From Cenococcum geophilum (taxonomy: Eukaryota): a stretch of 64,000 nucleotides of DNA. Shown in pieces: positions 41,536 to 52,949 of the stretch; position 1 is the stretch's first letter; each line of letters opens with the position of its first letter. Location: NCBI GenBank assembly GCA_050273025.1, contig CP158636.1:10168001-10232000 (forward strand), given 5' to 3'. The position numbers and the translations under genes were made by a program. The notes beneath the pieces were generated by a model. It was not told the origin of the DNA, did no database searches, and saw only the letters and a program-made list of their open reading frames with translations.

Positions 41536-42235
41536 ATGTGGTCTATTAAATACTATAAGCAGTTTATTACAGCCAATACGGTCTACCACAAGTCGCGCCT
41601 TAAGAAGTCGCAGATTAAGCGCGTTATTAAAGATGCTCGGAGGCGGCGGTAGAGGTAGCTTCGTGTCTATGCGGTTAAAGAATAGGAGGCTTTACTAAGG
41701 CTCTATTAACGCTACCTTAAAACTTAAGGTGGCATACTAAACAGCCTACAGCATTCTTTAAGCTTAATGGCGTTAGGCTAGGTGTCCTTACCATTCTAAA
41801 CCGCGTAGGGCTTAGCCTTAAGGTTATAAGAAATACCAGCTATATATACTACAAACTATAGGCGTAAGCTATAGGTTAACCTTGGCTTGCTTACGCATAT
41901 TTAGTTATAGGGGTGGCAACCTTATATAAATTTGCGTGCGATAGCAAACACTAGGCTAATAATAGCTCACTATATTGTTTTTAGACTCTCCGGTTTAGGT
42001 AATACTCTCTTTATATATTTTAAGTGTTTAGAGCTTATAAGTAGTCCTATAGCGAAGGAACACTATTTTACGCGATAAGAACTATCTCCGTAACTTAAGC
42101 ATAATAGTAATAATATAATCGTAATTTTTAGGTAGGAGAGGTCTTTAACGTTTATAAATAGCTATAGTATAAAGTATATACAGAACTATAGCAAATATTA
42201 ATATATATAAAGAGATTGAGTTACTAAAAGTTAAA
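41536..42235 (+). pseudogene. RIP-degraded hypothetical protein
   Basis: ATG-initiated frame MWSIKYYKQFITANTVYHKSRLKKSQIKRVIKDARRRR..., with stops mostly at plausible Gln/Trp positions. Confidence 0.3.
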
Positions 42236-42479
42236 GTACCCCTTATATATTCCGGCTCGGTGTGTCTTACTTTATAGTAGGGGACGTTAATAAGTACAAT
42301 ATTAGTAAGATTAGGGGCCAGTCTGCTAGGTTTAAGGCAATTTAGTAATATAAATTATAGCTACTAAAGCGGATCCCTATTAGGCCTATACGGACTACAC
42401 CTTATATATATATAGGGAGAAAACTCCGTCTAAGAAAACCCCGTATTCTATCTCCGCCATTAGGCCCCACCTATATAGT

Positions 42480-43049
42480 ACCTACAAGTTGCCTATCCTC
42501 TATATTCTTACCTTTAATCTCTTTAGGGACCGCTACTGCCTATAGACGCGCTAGTATTTTAAATTTTCGCTCTACTACTATAATGCTCTTAAGGGGCGCC
42601 TGTCGCCATCCGCCCCCTTACCTTCTACCGCTATTCTTCCTAGCTAAAAGATATATAAATAAGGGCTAATTAAGACGCCTTTTAGTATTAGGGGCCTTTA
42701 CAGCCTTTTAAGAGGCGCTAATTTAGTAAGTGTTCCCTTTGATGGGTTCTTTTCAGCCGTGCTAGGGCTGAAGTTTAATAATATCTTTTGGGCTAGCAAA
42801 TGACGACGCTACCATATAAATAGTTAGCTTTATATACAGGAAGGTAAGAAAGTATATTACTACTTCTTCTATAAAAAAAGGCCAGGAGGTACGTAGCGTG
42901 GAAGTATATATATAGTATTTACCCTGCCTATAAATAAAAATATATATATTCGCACTATACTGCGCGCCAATTTCATGGGCTCTCTAAAGGAAATTATTCT
43001 AACGTTTACGGAACAATTCCTAGACTACTCTTTTCTTTTTATCTACCAT
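42480..43049 (-). pseudogene. MADS-box/SRF-like small transcription factor
   Basis: MVDKKKRVV*ELFRKR*NNFL*RAHEIGAQYSANIYIFIYRQGKYYIYTSTLRTSWP matches the F.KR...L.KA.EL...C.A.V.+.+ SRF pattern. The 3' end is uncertain. Confidence 0.7.
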
Positions 43050-43307
43050 AATTTTTAGGGTTAATGCTAGGATTAGGCACTTACTTCTTTATAAATTTTT
43101 ACCTACCTAGCCTAGGACGGCTTTACACCCTACACCTAGGTATAAGCTAAGGCAACCAGATACTACTGCCCTTAGGGAATTACGGGCATTATCTCTTACA
43201 CTTCGTTGCCTTCAGATTTAGCTTATAATGTCTTTAATGCTATATTAAGTAATGCTACATTTAAGTTTTACTCCGCGCCACATAAAGGTAAAAAAATACA
43301 ACTTATA

Positions 43308-45039
43308 ATAAACGTTACCACATAATATACGGCTGTATTAGTGGGCGGCTTTACGCTTCTACTGCTATACCGCATAATCTCTTATATTATACGTTTTCTC
43401 TATACCTTATCTACCTTCTTCCTTTTAAAATATCTTGTTTATCCTTATATTTGGCGAGGAAATACTATACCTAAGAGGCCAACCCGAATTTTTCTTTTAA
43501 GCGTCACCTTATACGTCATTGCCAACGTTTTATATATAACCATTAGAGTTAGATCCTTTGCTTAGATCGGAACACATATAGGCATAATATCCCTTGCTAA
43601 TATAATCCCGGTTATAGCGGAATCGCTTAATATAATTACCAATTACCTTAGCGTTTCCGTGTAAACGTAATATAAAATCTATATATATATAGGAATAGTC
43701 ACTTTTCTATAAGGATTAGTCTATATAATTACTCCATTTATAAATTAATAACCATTTACACTAAATCTATTAGGAATTTGGGGGCTTATTATATATTTAG
43801 CCCGCCTTTAAACTATTACCCAAAAGCAAATTAACTTTAATGCTAGGGAGGCTTATCATTAGCATTAATATGCCTTCTTTCTACTGGTTTTATTCAGAGG
43901 GCTATTTATAAATTCTTCTTTTAATTCCATATACTTCTCTCTAAAATCCTTATCTTCGCTCTTTAGCTTTATATTAAGGGAAACCCGATAGCAGAAATAT
44001 ATCTACTTATTAGGGTATCTGCATGGGCTTTCTTCACAACCTTTAAATAGATATTCTGCTTATACCTAAACTTTTCTTAGAATAGATCTTAAACCAAAGC
44101 AGAAGTAATATAAGAAAGTAGAGCCCTTTACGTCTTAGTTTATATACCTAAACCCTAAAAAGTAAAAGCTAGTTAATATATTTATCTTTCTATTTCTAAA
44201 GCTAGCTTCTAGTCTATCTTTTAACGCCACCCTTTTGTAATATCAGGCTGGGATAGTAACTCAGATTGATTAAAAATACATTTACTTATTAAACCCCGGC
44301 GAGGGTTTACTAGAAAGCTTACGAGTTATATAAATACTTTAATATCGGCATTTATTAACGGGCCATATAGGGTTAGATATAATTTTAGCAATTTTAGAAC
44401 AGTACTAATATTCGCAACTAGTATTGGAGTTACTAGCTACCTAGTATATATCAATAAACTTATCCAAGGCTATAGACGTTACAAAGTTAAAACAAGGCGG
44501 ATAGTACTTATATAGAAGCTGGACGCAGATAGTACATTTACCTTAAATTAGACTAGATTAAATGCTAATACTATTAAACTAGGTCAGTAATTATAGGTAA
44601 AACCATTTATAGATTAATTACTAATAGATAATACTAAGGAATATATAAGTAGCACTCTATATATATAAAAGCAAACCTAAGTAAATTAATAAAATATTAA
44701 GGTTAAAATATATCTTCCTTAGATAGAGGAACCTAAAAAAGAATATAGTAAGAAAATCAAGGCGATACAAGGGAGGCTAAATATTGCAAATGTTCTGCAA
44801 GAGAAATTAGCAGTACTTAATGGAAAAACAGTAATATTAGGTAGCAAGTCTACGTTAAACCTATACTAAAGCTGCTAATTTTATATCCAGTTAGTGCGAG
44901 AATAGATATTTGGGATAAAATCCGGAATTACGTTTCTTATAACCTTTATTAGGATTTACGCCTAGTCAACTTAGAATTTCAGCCTCCAAATAGCTATTTA
45001 AAATAGCTCGATTTCTCTTATAAAGGGCTCCCTAAGTAA
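43308..45039 (+). pseudogene. Ferric reductase / NADPH-oxidase-like transmembrane protein
   Basis: TM helices, then *RHPFVISGWD (FAD site), LLIKPRRGFT, AFINGPYR (from FIDGPYG), VLIFATSIGV (from FATGIG) and terminal LEFQP. Start ATG appears as ATA at 43308; several introns. Confidence 0.9.
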
Positions 45040-45404
45040 ATTAATAGCAAGTACTACAGAGTCTTAGTAGATAGATATAAATAATAGGGATATAGTAAGT
45101 GCTTAGAGGATTTCTTTATTAGGCTCTTATGACTATTATCTTTATTTTTATAGAAATGGCTATAGTATTTATAGCTTAGATAAGAGAAATCGGGTAGGGA
45201 TAGCGTCCGTTCTAAAATGTACCGCTGCTGTATCTATATACTATTATATAAGTAGGAATCTATAAACGCTCTAGAAAACAAGAATCCTAATAGTTAATTT
45301 ATATTCTACTTAAGATGTGTTAAAGTATTAATACCAATACTAACGCACCTAAGGATACAACTAAGCGAAGGAGGGATTAAAATGATTTAACTTACCTATC
45401 TCAC

Positions 45405-45662
45405 TATGACGGTGCTGGAGCTTATTACCTGCTATATTGCCGTTTCCTAGGCAATTTGCCGCAATTTGCCATTTTCTAGGCAATCTGCCAAATTCTACCA
45501 AATTCTACCAAGTCGCTATTAGCTCACTTACTACTAGCGCCTTAACAACCCCTTTATATCTTACCAGTCTCTACCAATCTTCTTTTTCTCCTTAGCTTAG
45601 TATTCTTATATAGTAGCAATCTATAAGCTTTAGTTTAGAAGCATTTATATAAGCCCATTATA
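45405..45662 (-). mobile_element. Solo LTR, family B (inverted)
   Basis: Reverse-complement homolog of 33100-33367, with flanks CTCAC/CTTAC (TSD with one RIP change). Confidence 0.8.
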
Positions 45663-45744
45663 CTTACCCATCTTATTTACCTCATCCATCCGGTTTAATC
45701 ACTTTATCTACTTTATCACCCGCTTAGGCAACCCCTAAAAAGAG

Positions 45745-45954
45745 TGTTACGGCACTATTACGGAACAACTACGGCACTAATACGGACTCTAGTTAGGGGC
45801 TTAGCTGGAGCCTTAGCGCTATATATATAAACGTATCCTTTCCTTAACCTTCTTCTAGTCCTTAACTTAATATTTTCGTTAATAGACTACCAATCGTATA
45901 GGCTTACGCGTCCCTCTTACCGTACTTATACCTTAATTAACTAAGTCGCTAATA
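45745..45954. mobile_element. Probable solo LTR, family C
   Basis: Begins TGTTACGG, has internal short repeats and TATATATAAA, and ends CTAATA. Flanks are AAGAG/AAAAG. Confidence 0.5.
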
Positions 45955-47224
45955 AAAAGACACCCTCTAGAATGAAACGCCTTTTACTACTATATAATAT
46001 AAGCGGGTTACAGGTAGGTTATAATAAATTATAGTATTTCTGTTATTAGTAGATCTTAATAAATAATATATTATACTAATGCCTTTATTAGTGGAGTATA
46101 ATAGATTATACAAATAACAGTCTCTAAATTCACTCTATAAATGTAATTTAAGAAGCATTCTATAAAGATATACGTTTTCAGCGTAGCCTAAGTTCCTATA
46201 AGGGCGAGCCTAAGCTTTATTCTTTAGATTAACTCTTACACCTAAGCCTTAATCTTAGTAATATCCACCTATAAACTTTCTACTTATATATACAACTACA
46301 AATCCACACGGTATTTAGCAACTAAGTAGTAATATAGGAAAAATATCTAGCGACCGTATATAACAACCAGACCTATTACTATAATAACGGCAAATATTAA
46401 AAAGTGCAGCTTACGGCGCATAGAAATTAATACTAAAGATTAAAAAGCTGGGTAAGTGGCCGATGCCAAGCCTATAGATAAGGGAGATAAACTTAGAGTA
46501 AATTCCCTAGTTATTTATAGATATCCTAACGGAATTTCCAAAGGGGTTATATTACGCCATTTTGGTTCAGGTAAGATAACAACACTAGGCATATTTATAG
46601 TACCTATAACTAAGTAGCCATTACCACTAAGGGTAATAGTTATGTCCAAATAGAGAACTCCCGTTTTGGAGGCGAGCTGTGTCCAGGTTATATAGTAAAG
46701 TAAAGTTTTAAATACAGTCCTAGTTATATTTAGTAGGACTTTTTAAAAATTCTAAAAACGCTACTTACTTTATTAACTGGGAATCTAAACAATTATAGGT
46801 CACTTACACAACAACTATACATAAAAAGGTAATTAATTTAAATAGCATTACAGCAAAAATTCCAAGAAATGCTTATATATTTAGATTAAATAGATATAAT
46901 GCGGTAGTTATATTTATACTAAAGGATAAGCAGAAATAGAGAGTGGCTAATTTGCCTTAGTCCGGAGATGTTCTAAGTAGAGTTTAGATTTACCGCGAAT
47001 AACTAATATCTAGGCCCTCCTAAATAAGAGGTCACTATAAAAGTAATCCCTAACCAATTCTTCCTTTTCTATAAGCCTAGTACAAAATAGTAGCTAGCAA
47101 GTATAGAATAGTCTAAATGTTAACATTGCGAGGACTATCTATATATTAGGGTGACTTTGCGGCCAAATCTAATAAATACATTAGTAAGAAGGCTACATTT
47201 AGTAATAGGCCCTCTTTCTTAAAA

Positions 47225-48562
47225 ATGCCAAAAGCCAAAGCTAAGAAAGGAACTCGCTCCTAACTAAAGGAAGGAAAAGCCAAGGTTATTCAGCAGCAAA
47301 AGGTTATTTAGTAGTAAAATGAAATTAAAGCTTTAAGACTTTAATTAGCGGCTATAGAGAAGAAGAATAGTGGAGAAGAGAGTAGCGAGCAGAGTGAAGA
47401 GGATTAAAAAAAAACTAAAGAATTGGCCTAAGAAATCGCCAATTAAGATAAAGAGTTATAGGAGTTTATACGGGATAACCAAATAGAATTAGATAACGAA
47501 GATGGTAAAAACGGCGTAGGCTCTAAGGACGTAAATAAAAGGCCTATAGAGTCCATAAAGCCTAATAAAGAGAGAGAGCCGCTTTTTGTTTTATAAGAGC
47601 TACAGAATGCAGACCCCTAGGGCGTAAAATAAACGCCTATAAAATAAGAGTCTTTGGAATAAAAGTATATAGGGTTAGAGCCTACTATAAAAAGCAAGTT
47701 ATAAGATAAAATCTATAGGGAGCTACTTTATATCGCCGCGAATATGTAACCTAATTATAATACTCCTTATAGGACCACTATTGCATAGGTAGGTAATTAA
47801 AAGGAAGTCATTAACTGCTACGGTCCGCGTAATGCATCTATCCATAGAATTATAAGAGGGGGAGTAGAGGATAATTATACATTTCCTCCTAAGAAAAAAT
47901 ATACTAACCCTATCTACAGACTTAGGGATATAAGAAGACTAGATGGTAAATTTCTATACACTAATAAACATATTTTTTACCTTCGCGTAGTTACGTAGAA
48001 ATCCCAGTACCCGGAAAACCCTAGAGAAGATTTAAATTTAATTTATTAGGATAAAGCGGAGAGGCTAGTAAAACGTTTTCCTACTATATATATTCTAGTT
48101 AACTAGAATACAAACAATAAACTAAAACGGTGTTAGGAGACTAGAGGAACCCTTTAAAATAAGTAGGGCACCAAACTAGCTAATAAAAACATTTATAATA
48201 TAGCTTAGCAATTTAAAAAAAGACTTAAGTAGTACTTAGCTAATATACGCCCGGCTATAAACAGATCTCCTATACCTAGTATTCTCTACCCAACGTCTTA
48301 GCAGTTCCGCGAAATTTTAGGCACTTCGGCTCCGACTAAAACTCTAGCTCTAACTAGAACTCTAGCTCTAACTAAAACTCCTACTCTAGCTATAGGGGCA
48401 GCTAAGATGGCTATATTAAACGCTATTCTTAAAGATTTTAAGGAACTCTACTGCGAGCTAGCCGGGGTTAATAGTTTTAACGAACTTAACACTATAAGTA
48501 GGGTATAATAGATTGACGTATAGAAGATAAAAAAGGCAAGGTATATAGCAATAGCTATCTAA
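47225..48562 (+). pseudogene. Hypothetical protein (coiled/acidic N-terminus, conserved-looking C-terminal domain)
   Basis: A single intronless frame runs from MPKAKAKKG to the stop at 48562 and includes INCYGPRNA and FPTIYILVN*...C*ETRGTL*NK*GTKLANKNIY...RPAINRSPIP. Confidence 0.65.
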
Positions 48563-49562
48563 TTTTCCCCCAATAGTTCTTTATTTATTTTTTATATAGT
48601 TTAAAAACAAAAGACAAAAAAAGAAACTTAAAAGGGGGGCGTTTTCTTATTTAAATTTTATTTGTTTTATAGCTCTCCTTTATTATACTTTCTCTTCTTT
48701 ATTTATAAAATAACTATACTATAAACAAAACTATTCTTTAGTATTATTTATATCACAAGCCTCACATTTAAAATTTTACCTCCTATTAAATACGAGATTC
48801 TTTATAAATATAAATTCCTATAGGGCATTGCCACGATTTACAAAAAGCATAGGAAATCTCTATAGGTCTTTATTTATAGTGCCTTAATATAAACTATGTT
48901 TTAGTTTAGCGTATTCTTTACAGCTAGTTATTTTAGCGTATTAAACTAACTTACTTAATCCACCTAATCTACCTAATCTACTTAATCTACCTAATTTACC
49001 TAATCCGCCTAAGCTATCTAAGCCACCTAGTCCTTTCAATCCTTCTAGGTAGTAATACCTACGCTTCCCTATTACGCCTCACACTAATTAATATAGATTT
49101 TAAGACGGTGGGACAGTACCGCTAGGAAACGAGTTCTTTTTCCATTAATGCCTCTATGGCAAGGCGTACTTAATAAGGCTTAGTTTATTAAATACTAAAG
49201 AACCATAATAAATTGGTAAAGAATGACCAAGGTAGACTAAGTAATATTAACAAGTAGGTTAGTTAGGTTGTAAATTTTAGCCCTTAACTAAACCAATTAA
49301 ATTAGTAATTTAACCAGTTAAACCGGTTAAACTAATATAAAATTACTAAATTAAGTAAATGCTAAGCCTATATAAGCTAGTAAACTAGTTAAGAATTTTA
49401 ACCAATTAGCCTTTTCTTATTGGTTTAACCTAACCTAACCGTTAATATTATTGGGTAGACTTTAGCAACTCCGAGCTAAAGCTAAATTATACCCTACTAT
49501 CCTTAAGTTTTAAATTAATCTAATGCTTCTTTTTTTCCACCCTAATTTTTATTTTATTTATT

Positions 49563-50705
49563 ATGTTTTAAATAACCCCTAAGGCTTTAACGACCTTTCT
49601 TACCCTTATCTAATTTATCGCATAGGTTTCGGGTATAAGCTCCTCTAAAGAAAGATATTCTTTAATTTCCATTCCACCTTTAATCTTAATTTTACCTTCT
49701 TCAACACCGAGTTTAGCGAGCCCTTCTATAACTACTGCTAATGGTAATAACATAAAACTCTACATCGTTACGGTTAGGAAGCTGACTTAGCGATTTATTC
49801 TGGACACTATAACGGCAAATATAGAAGATATTATTTATTTCTAATTCTTCCCGCCTAACTATTCCGTAGTTCGCGCTAAGTATAAATATAAGTCTAAATT
49901 ATATTAGTTCCCTCTATACCTTCGTTACTAAACTAATATAAAAAAGACCCGTATGTTCCTTATAAGATAACGGGGCCGCAAAAAACTGGCTTCTTCTCTA
50001 GATTTCATCTAATAGATATAGTATCCAACGAGGTAAAGGTATCTTTTTTCCATTTTTAACATATCCGCTTTATTTAATCAGTAATTTATATTTTAATAGC
50101 CGCCGTCATAGAACCTCACCATTAATGATACCGCGCTAATATTCTTCTACTATTTAGCTTCTAGATTATACATTTAATAAGGAATAATAGGAGTAATAAA
50201 TCCTATAAGGGGATAAATTATTTACTATTTCCCCCCCTCCTTTTTTACTTTATTGTTATTGCTATTACTATTTTAAAAGCCATATACATCTTATCTTAGA
50301 TTAGCCTACTAAAAGTAGATGCAGAATAAGACCAAAACTATCGCCATATAGAGGGTATATACTAAAAATTCAACCTTTATGCTAAACCCTAGCGAACTAT
50401 TCCCAGCTAAAGCCTTAAGCGTAATCACCTTAACTTAGGCGCCTACGTTAACCTCCCCGTCAACCGCGATAACTAATAGCGCCTTATTGTCTATAACTTT
50501 AGTTCTGCCTTTACCTTCCTAAGACCTTTCCAGTGCAGCAGTAGTAGGAATAGTCGTTAGCGTTATAGTAGCACTTACGCTCCTAGGCGCCTTATTTATC
50601 TATATTAGCAGAAAAAGATCATCTAGTTTAGATAAGGGCGGCACTATAGTACTCCCTTATAAATTAAAAGCTTTACATCCAGCGTACCGTAAAGTAAAAA
50701 TATAA
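49563..50705 (+). pseudogene. Cupredoxin-domain, Ser/Thr-rich single-pass membrane protein
   Basis: Signal-like start, YIVTVRK...F*FFPPNYSVVRAKY..PYVPY...GFFSRF...*NLTINDTALIFFYYLASRLYI**GIIGVINP (from NHSV / FFYCS..G.C...GM.G.INP), and a C-terminal TM AAVVGIVVSVIVALTLLGALFIYISRKR. Confidence 0.85.
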
Positions 50706-50874
50706 TAAAATATAATTTTTCAATCGTGACTAGATCTTAAGTGTTAAATTTGTAGTTAAGTAACTTAAATACGTTTTATAGAGGAATAGGAAGGGAAAAA
50801 AACAATTTCCTTACGTTAATAATAAGACGGAGAAGAAATTAGTTAATATAAAATAATTAAACAAGTCTATATAC

Positions 50875-52196
50875 CTTAGGTACTTTCCTTTCTTCACTAT
50901 TTAACTTGAAATTAGCTGTCTTAGTAACTAGTAGCTAGAAGTCTAGCTATACTTATAAGCGTATCTAGGTGCACCAGGCCCTATACATCAATTCTCGTCT
51001 TTATTACCTCTATGTTTAACTTTTAAGCCTCCTCCTTTCGTCCTTACTCATAGAATATAAATGCTAAATTACTTATGCTGCTAGTGGTATCTAGATAGTT
51101 ATTACTAAAAATCTCTCTCTTTATCTTAACTATTTATTTCTACAGCTCCTCCGCTTCTAGAAGTCGGTTCTTTATACAGTATTTAAAACTTAGCTCTTTT
51201 ATACTTTTTAAAGTCTCGGGATACTATAGGCCTAGAATTCTCTTTCTTATCTCTATTACTTGAGTTTCCAGCTTATCGGCTTCCGTTTACCGTTTTTAAT
51301 AATAATAGACTTCTGCTAAGACGGCCATTATACTTAATATCTATAAATAGTATTAGCCTAATACCCTATTACTAGTCTCTAGTAACTATAGCAGTAGCTC
51401 TTTAGCATTGGTTAGCCGTTTTTACCTAACGTAGATATAAGCTAAGTAGATTTTACTTTTTAAAGTATCCCTATATTCCGGCCCTTTTAGTTTCCTAATT
51501 ATCTCTACTAGCCGCACCTAGTACTTTTCAGCCTCTATAATTCGGCCAGTTTTAAAATATATCTCTACTAGAAGAGGAATAAGTTCTATCTTTTCTTTTA
51601 CTCTATTATACTCCGCCATATCTTTTTTATAAACTCTATAATGTTAACACTAGCATACCTTTGGTAAGTAAGCTTTATATAACCAGTTAATACAACACTA
51701 TAGCCAGATAATATTATCTCCGCTAGGTAACTTCCCAAAGTATATATAGCAGTATTCTTTAGTGCCAATTCCAGCAACATCTTGGATAAGATACTTTTTA
51801 GGTATCTAGTCGAAATTGGAGGCCTTTATAGATATTAAAATAAAAAACGGCCTAAAAATAGATAAAAGGGCCTTAAAGAGAACACTTAAGCGTTAATAAA
51901 ACTTAAGTATAAGAGTTATACGTTAGGGGTAAAGATATATTTAAATTGGCTAGATATAAAGCAAATTAATAGATCCTTAGGGTTTAAAGCCTTTATAGGC
52001 GGCAGACACAATATATTAATAGTATTAATTTCGGCTATAGCCTAGCCGGGGTTAGCTCCCCGGTAAAGCTCGCGTACTACCTTAAGTATACCTAGCTTAA
52101 CTAATACTAGGGATAATCTTGTGTTTAAACACGCAGGGCTCTTATAAATAAATTAGTAAACCTACCGCAGTATTTATAAAATTTAGCAGTCTGCAT
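50875..52196 (-). pseudogene. TPR-repeat protein (kinesin-light-chain/NLR-sensor type)
   Basis: About five 42-aa repeats, e.g. KGPEYRDTLKSKIYLA, ILGL*YPETLKSIKELS, IFSNNYLDTTSSISNLA, V*GLVHLDTL. No P-loop was seen upstream. Confidence 0.85.
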
Positions 52197-52312
52197 TTTA
52201 AGGTTATAAGGATATAAAATGGCGAATAGAAGAAATTAAATAAATTAATCCAAGTATAGAAATAATATTTATTTTAACTAGTCTAGCCATACAATGTATC
52301 TGCAAATTTATT

Positions 52313-52700
52313 TCATTATTCCCCTATACTTTAGCCTAAAATCAGCCGGAGTTCTTTTTTTAGGTACTAGGAAGCTTTGATTCTGCATTTTATTAGTATA
52401 TACTATATTAAGAGGGTAAGTAAGGTATACAATATGCTCTTTAGACGGCGGCTAGAAAGGCTTATCTCTAAATAAATATAAGTAGTATCTCCCCCCATTA
52501 TATACAAGAAGGTAGATATACGCATCACTTATTTTTCCTAACTCGTCCGCCTTTTTAAAAAGTGTTTCTCTCCGTCGGCGGATCGCCTCCCTGCTAATAC
52601 ACTTATTTAAATCAGATAAGCAAGTCCCTTCTCCCTAAGTCTTATTTTCTTCTATAGTCTTGCTATTATTATTAGCTTCTATCGGTTATGTCTAATAAAG
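52313..52700 (-). pseudogene. MADS-box/SRF-like small transcription factor
   Basis: REAIRRRRETLFKKADELGKISDAYIYLLVYNGGRYYLYLFRDKPF*PPSKEHI, then an intron, then NQSFLVPKKRTPADF. Confidence 0.8.
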
Positions 52701-52949
52701 GGAGGTATTAAAGTAGTTAACACCCGTCTCGAGTTAATAGTTATGGAGTGGTATTATAATAACTAAATATGTAATAGGCGATTATATCGATAGTAAAGTC
52801 GGTAAACCCTTTCCTATTTAGTAAATCCCTTAACTTTATACCTGCCATTAAGGGTAACAATAAGGTACACACTAATATTATTTAGCAAGCGGTATTAACA
52901 CTCGGAAAACAAGTAATGCACCTACGACTTTCCTTATATTAATAAGTAT

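Noticed and set aside
49230..49460. Possible MITE or telomere-like ggttag repeats
   Set aside because: The inverted repeat is imperfect, there is no TSD, and it is not a TTAGGG array.
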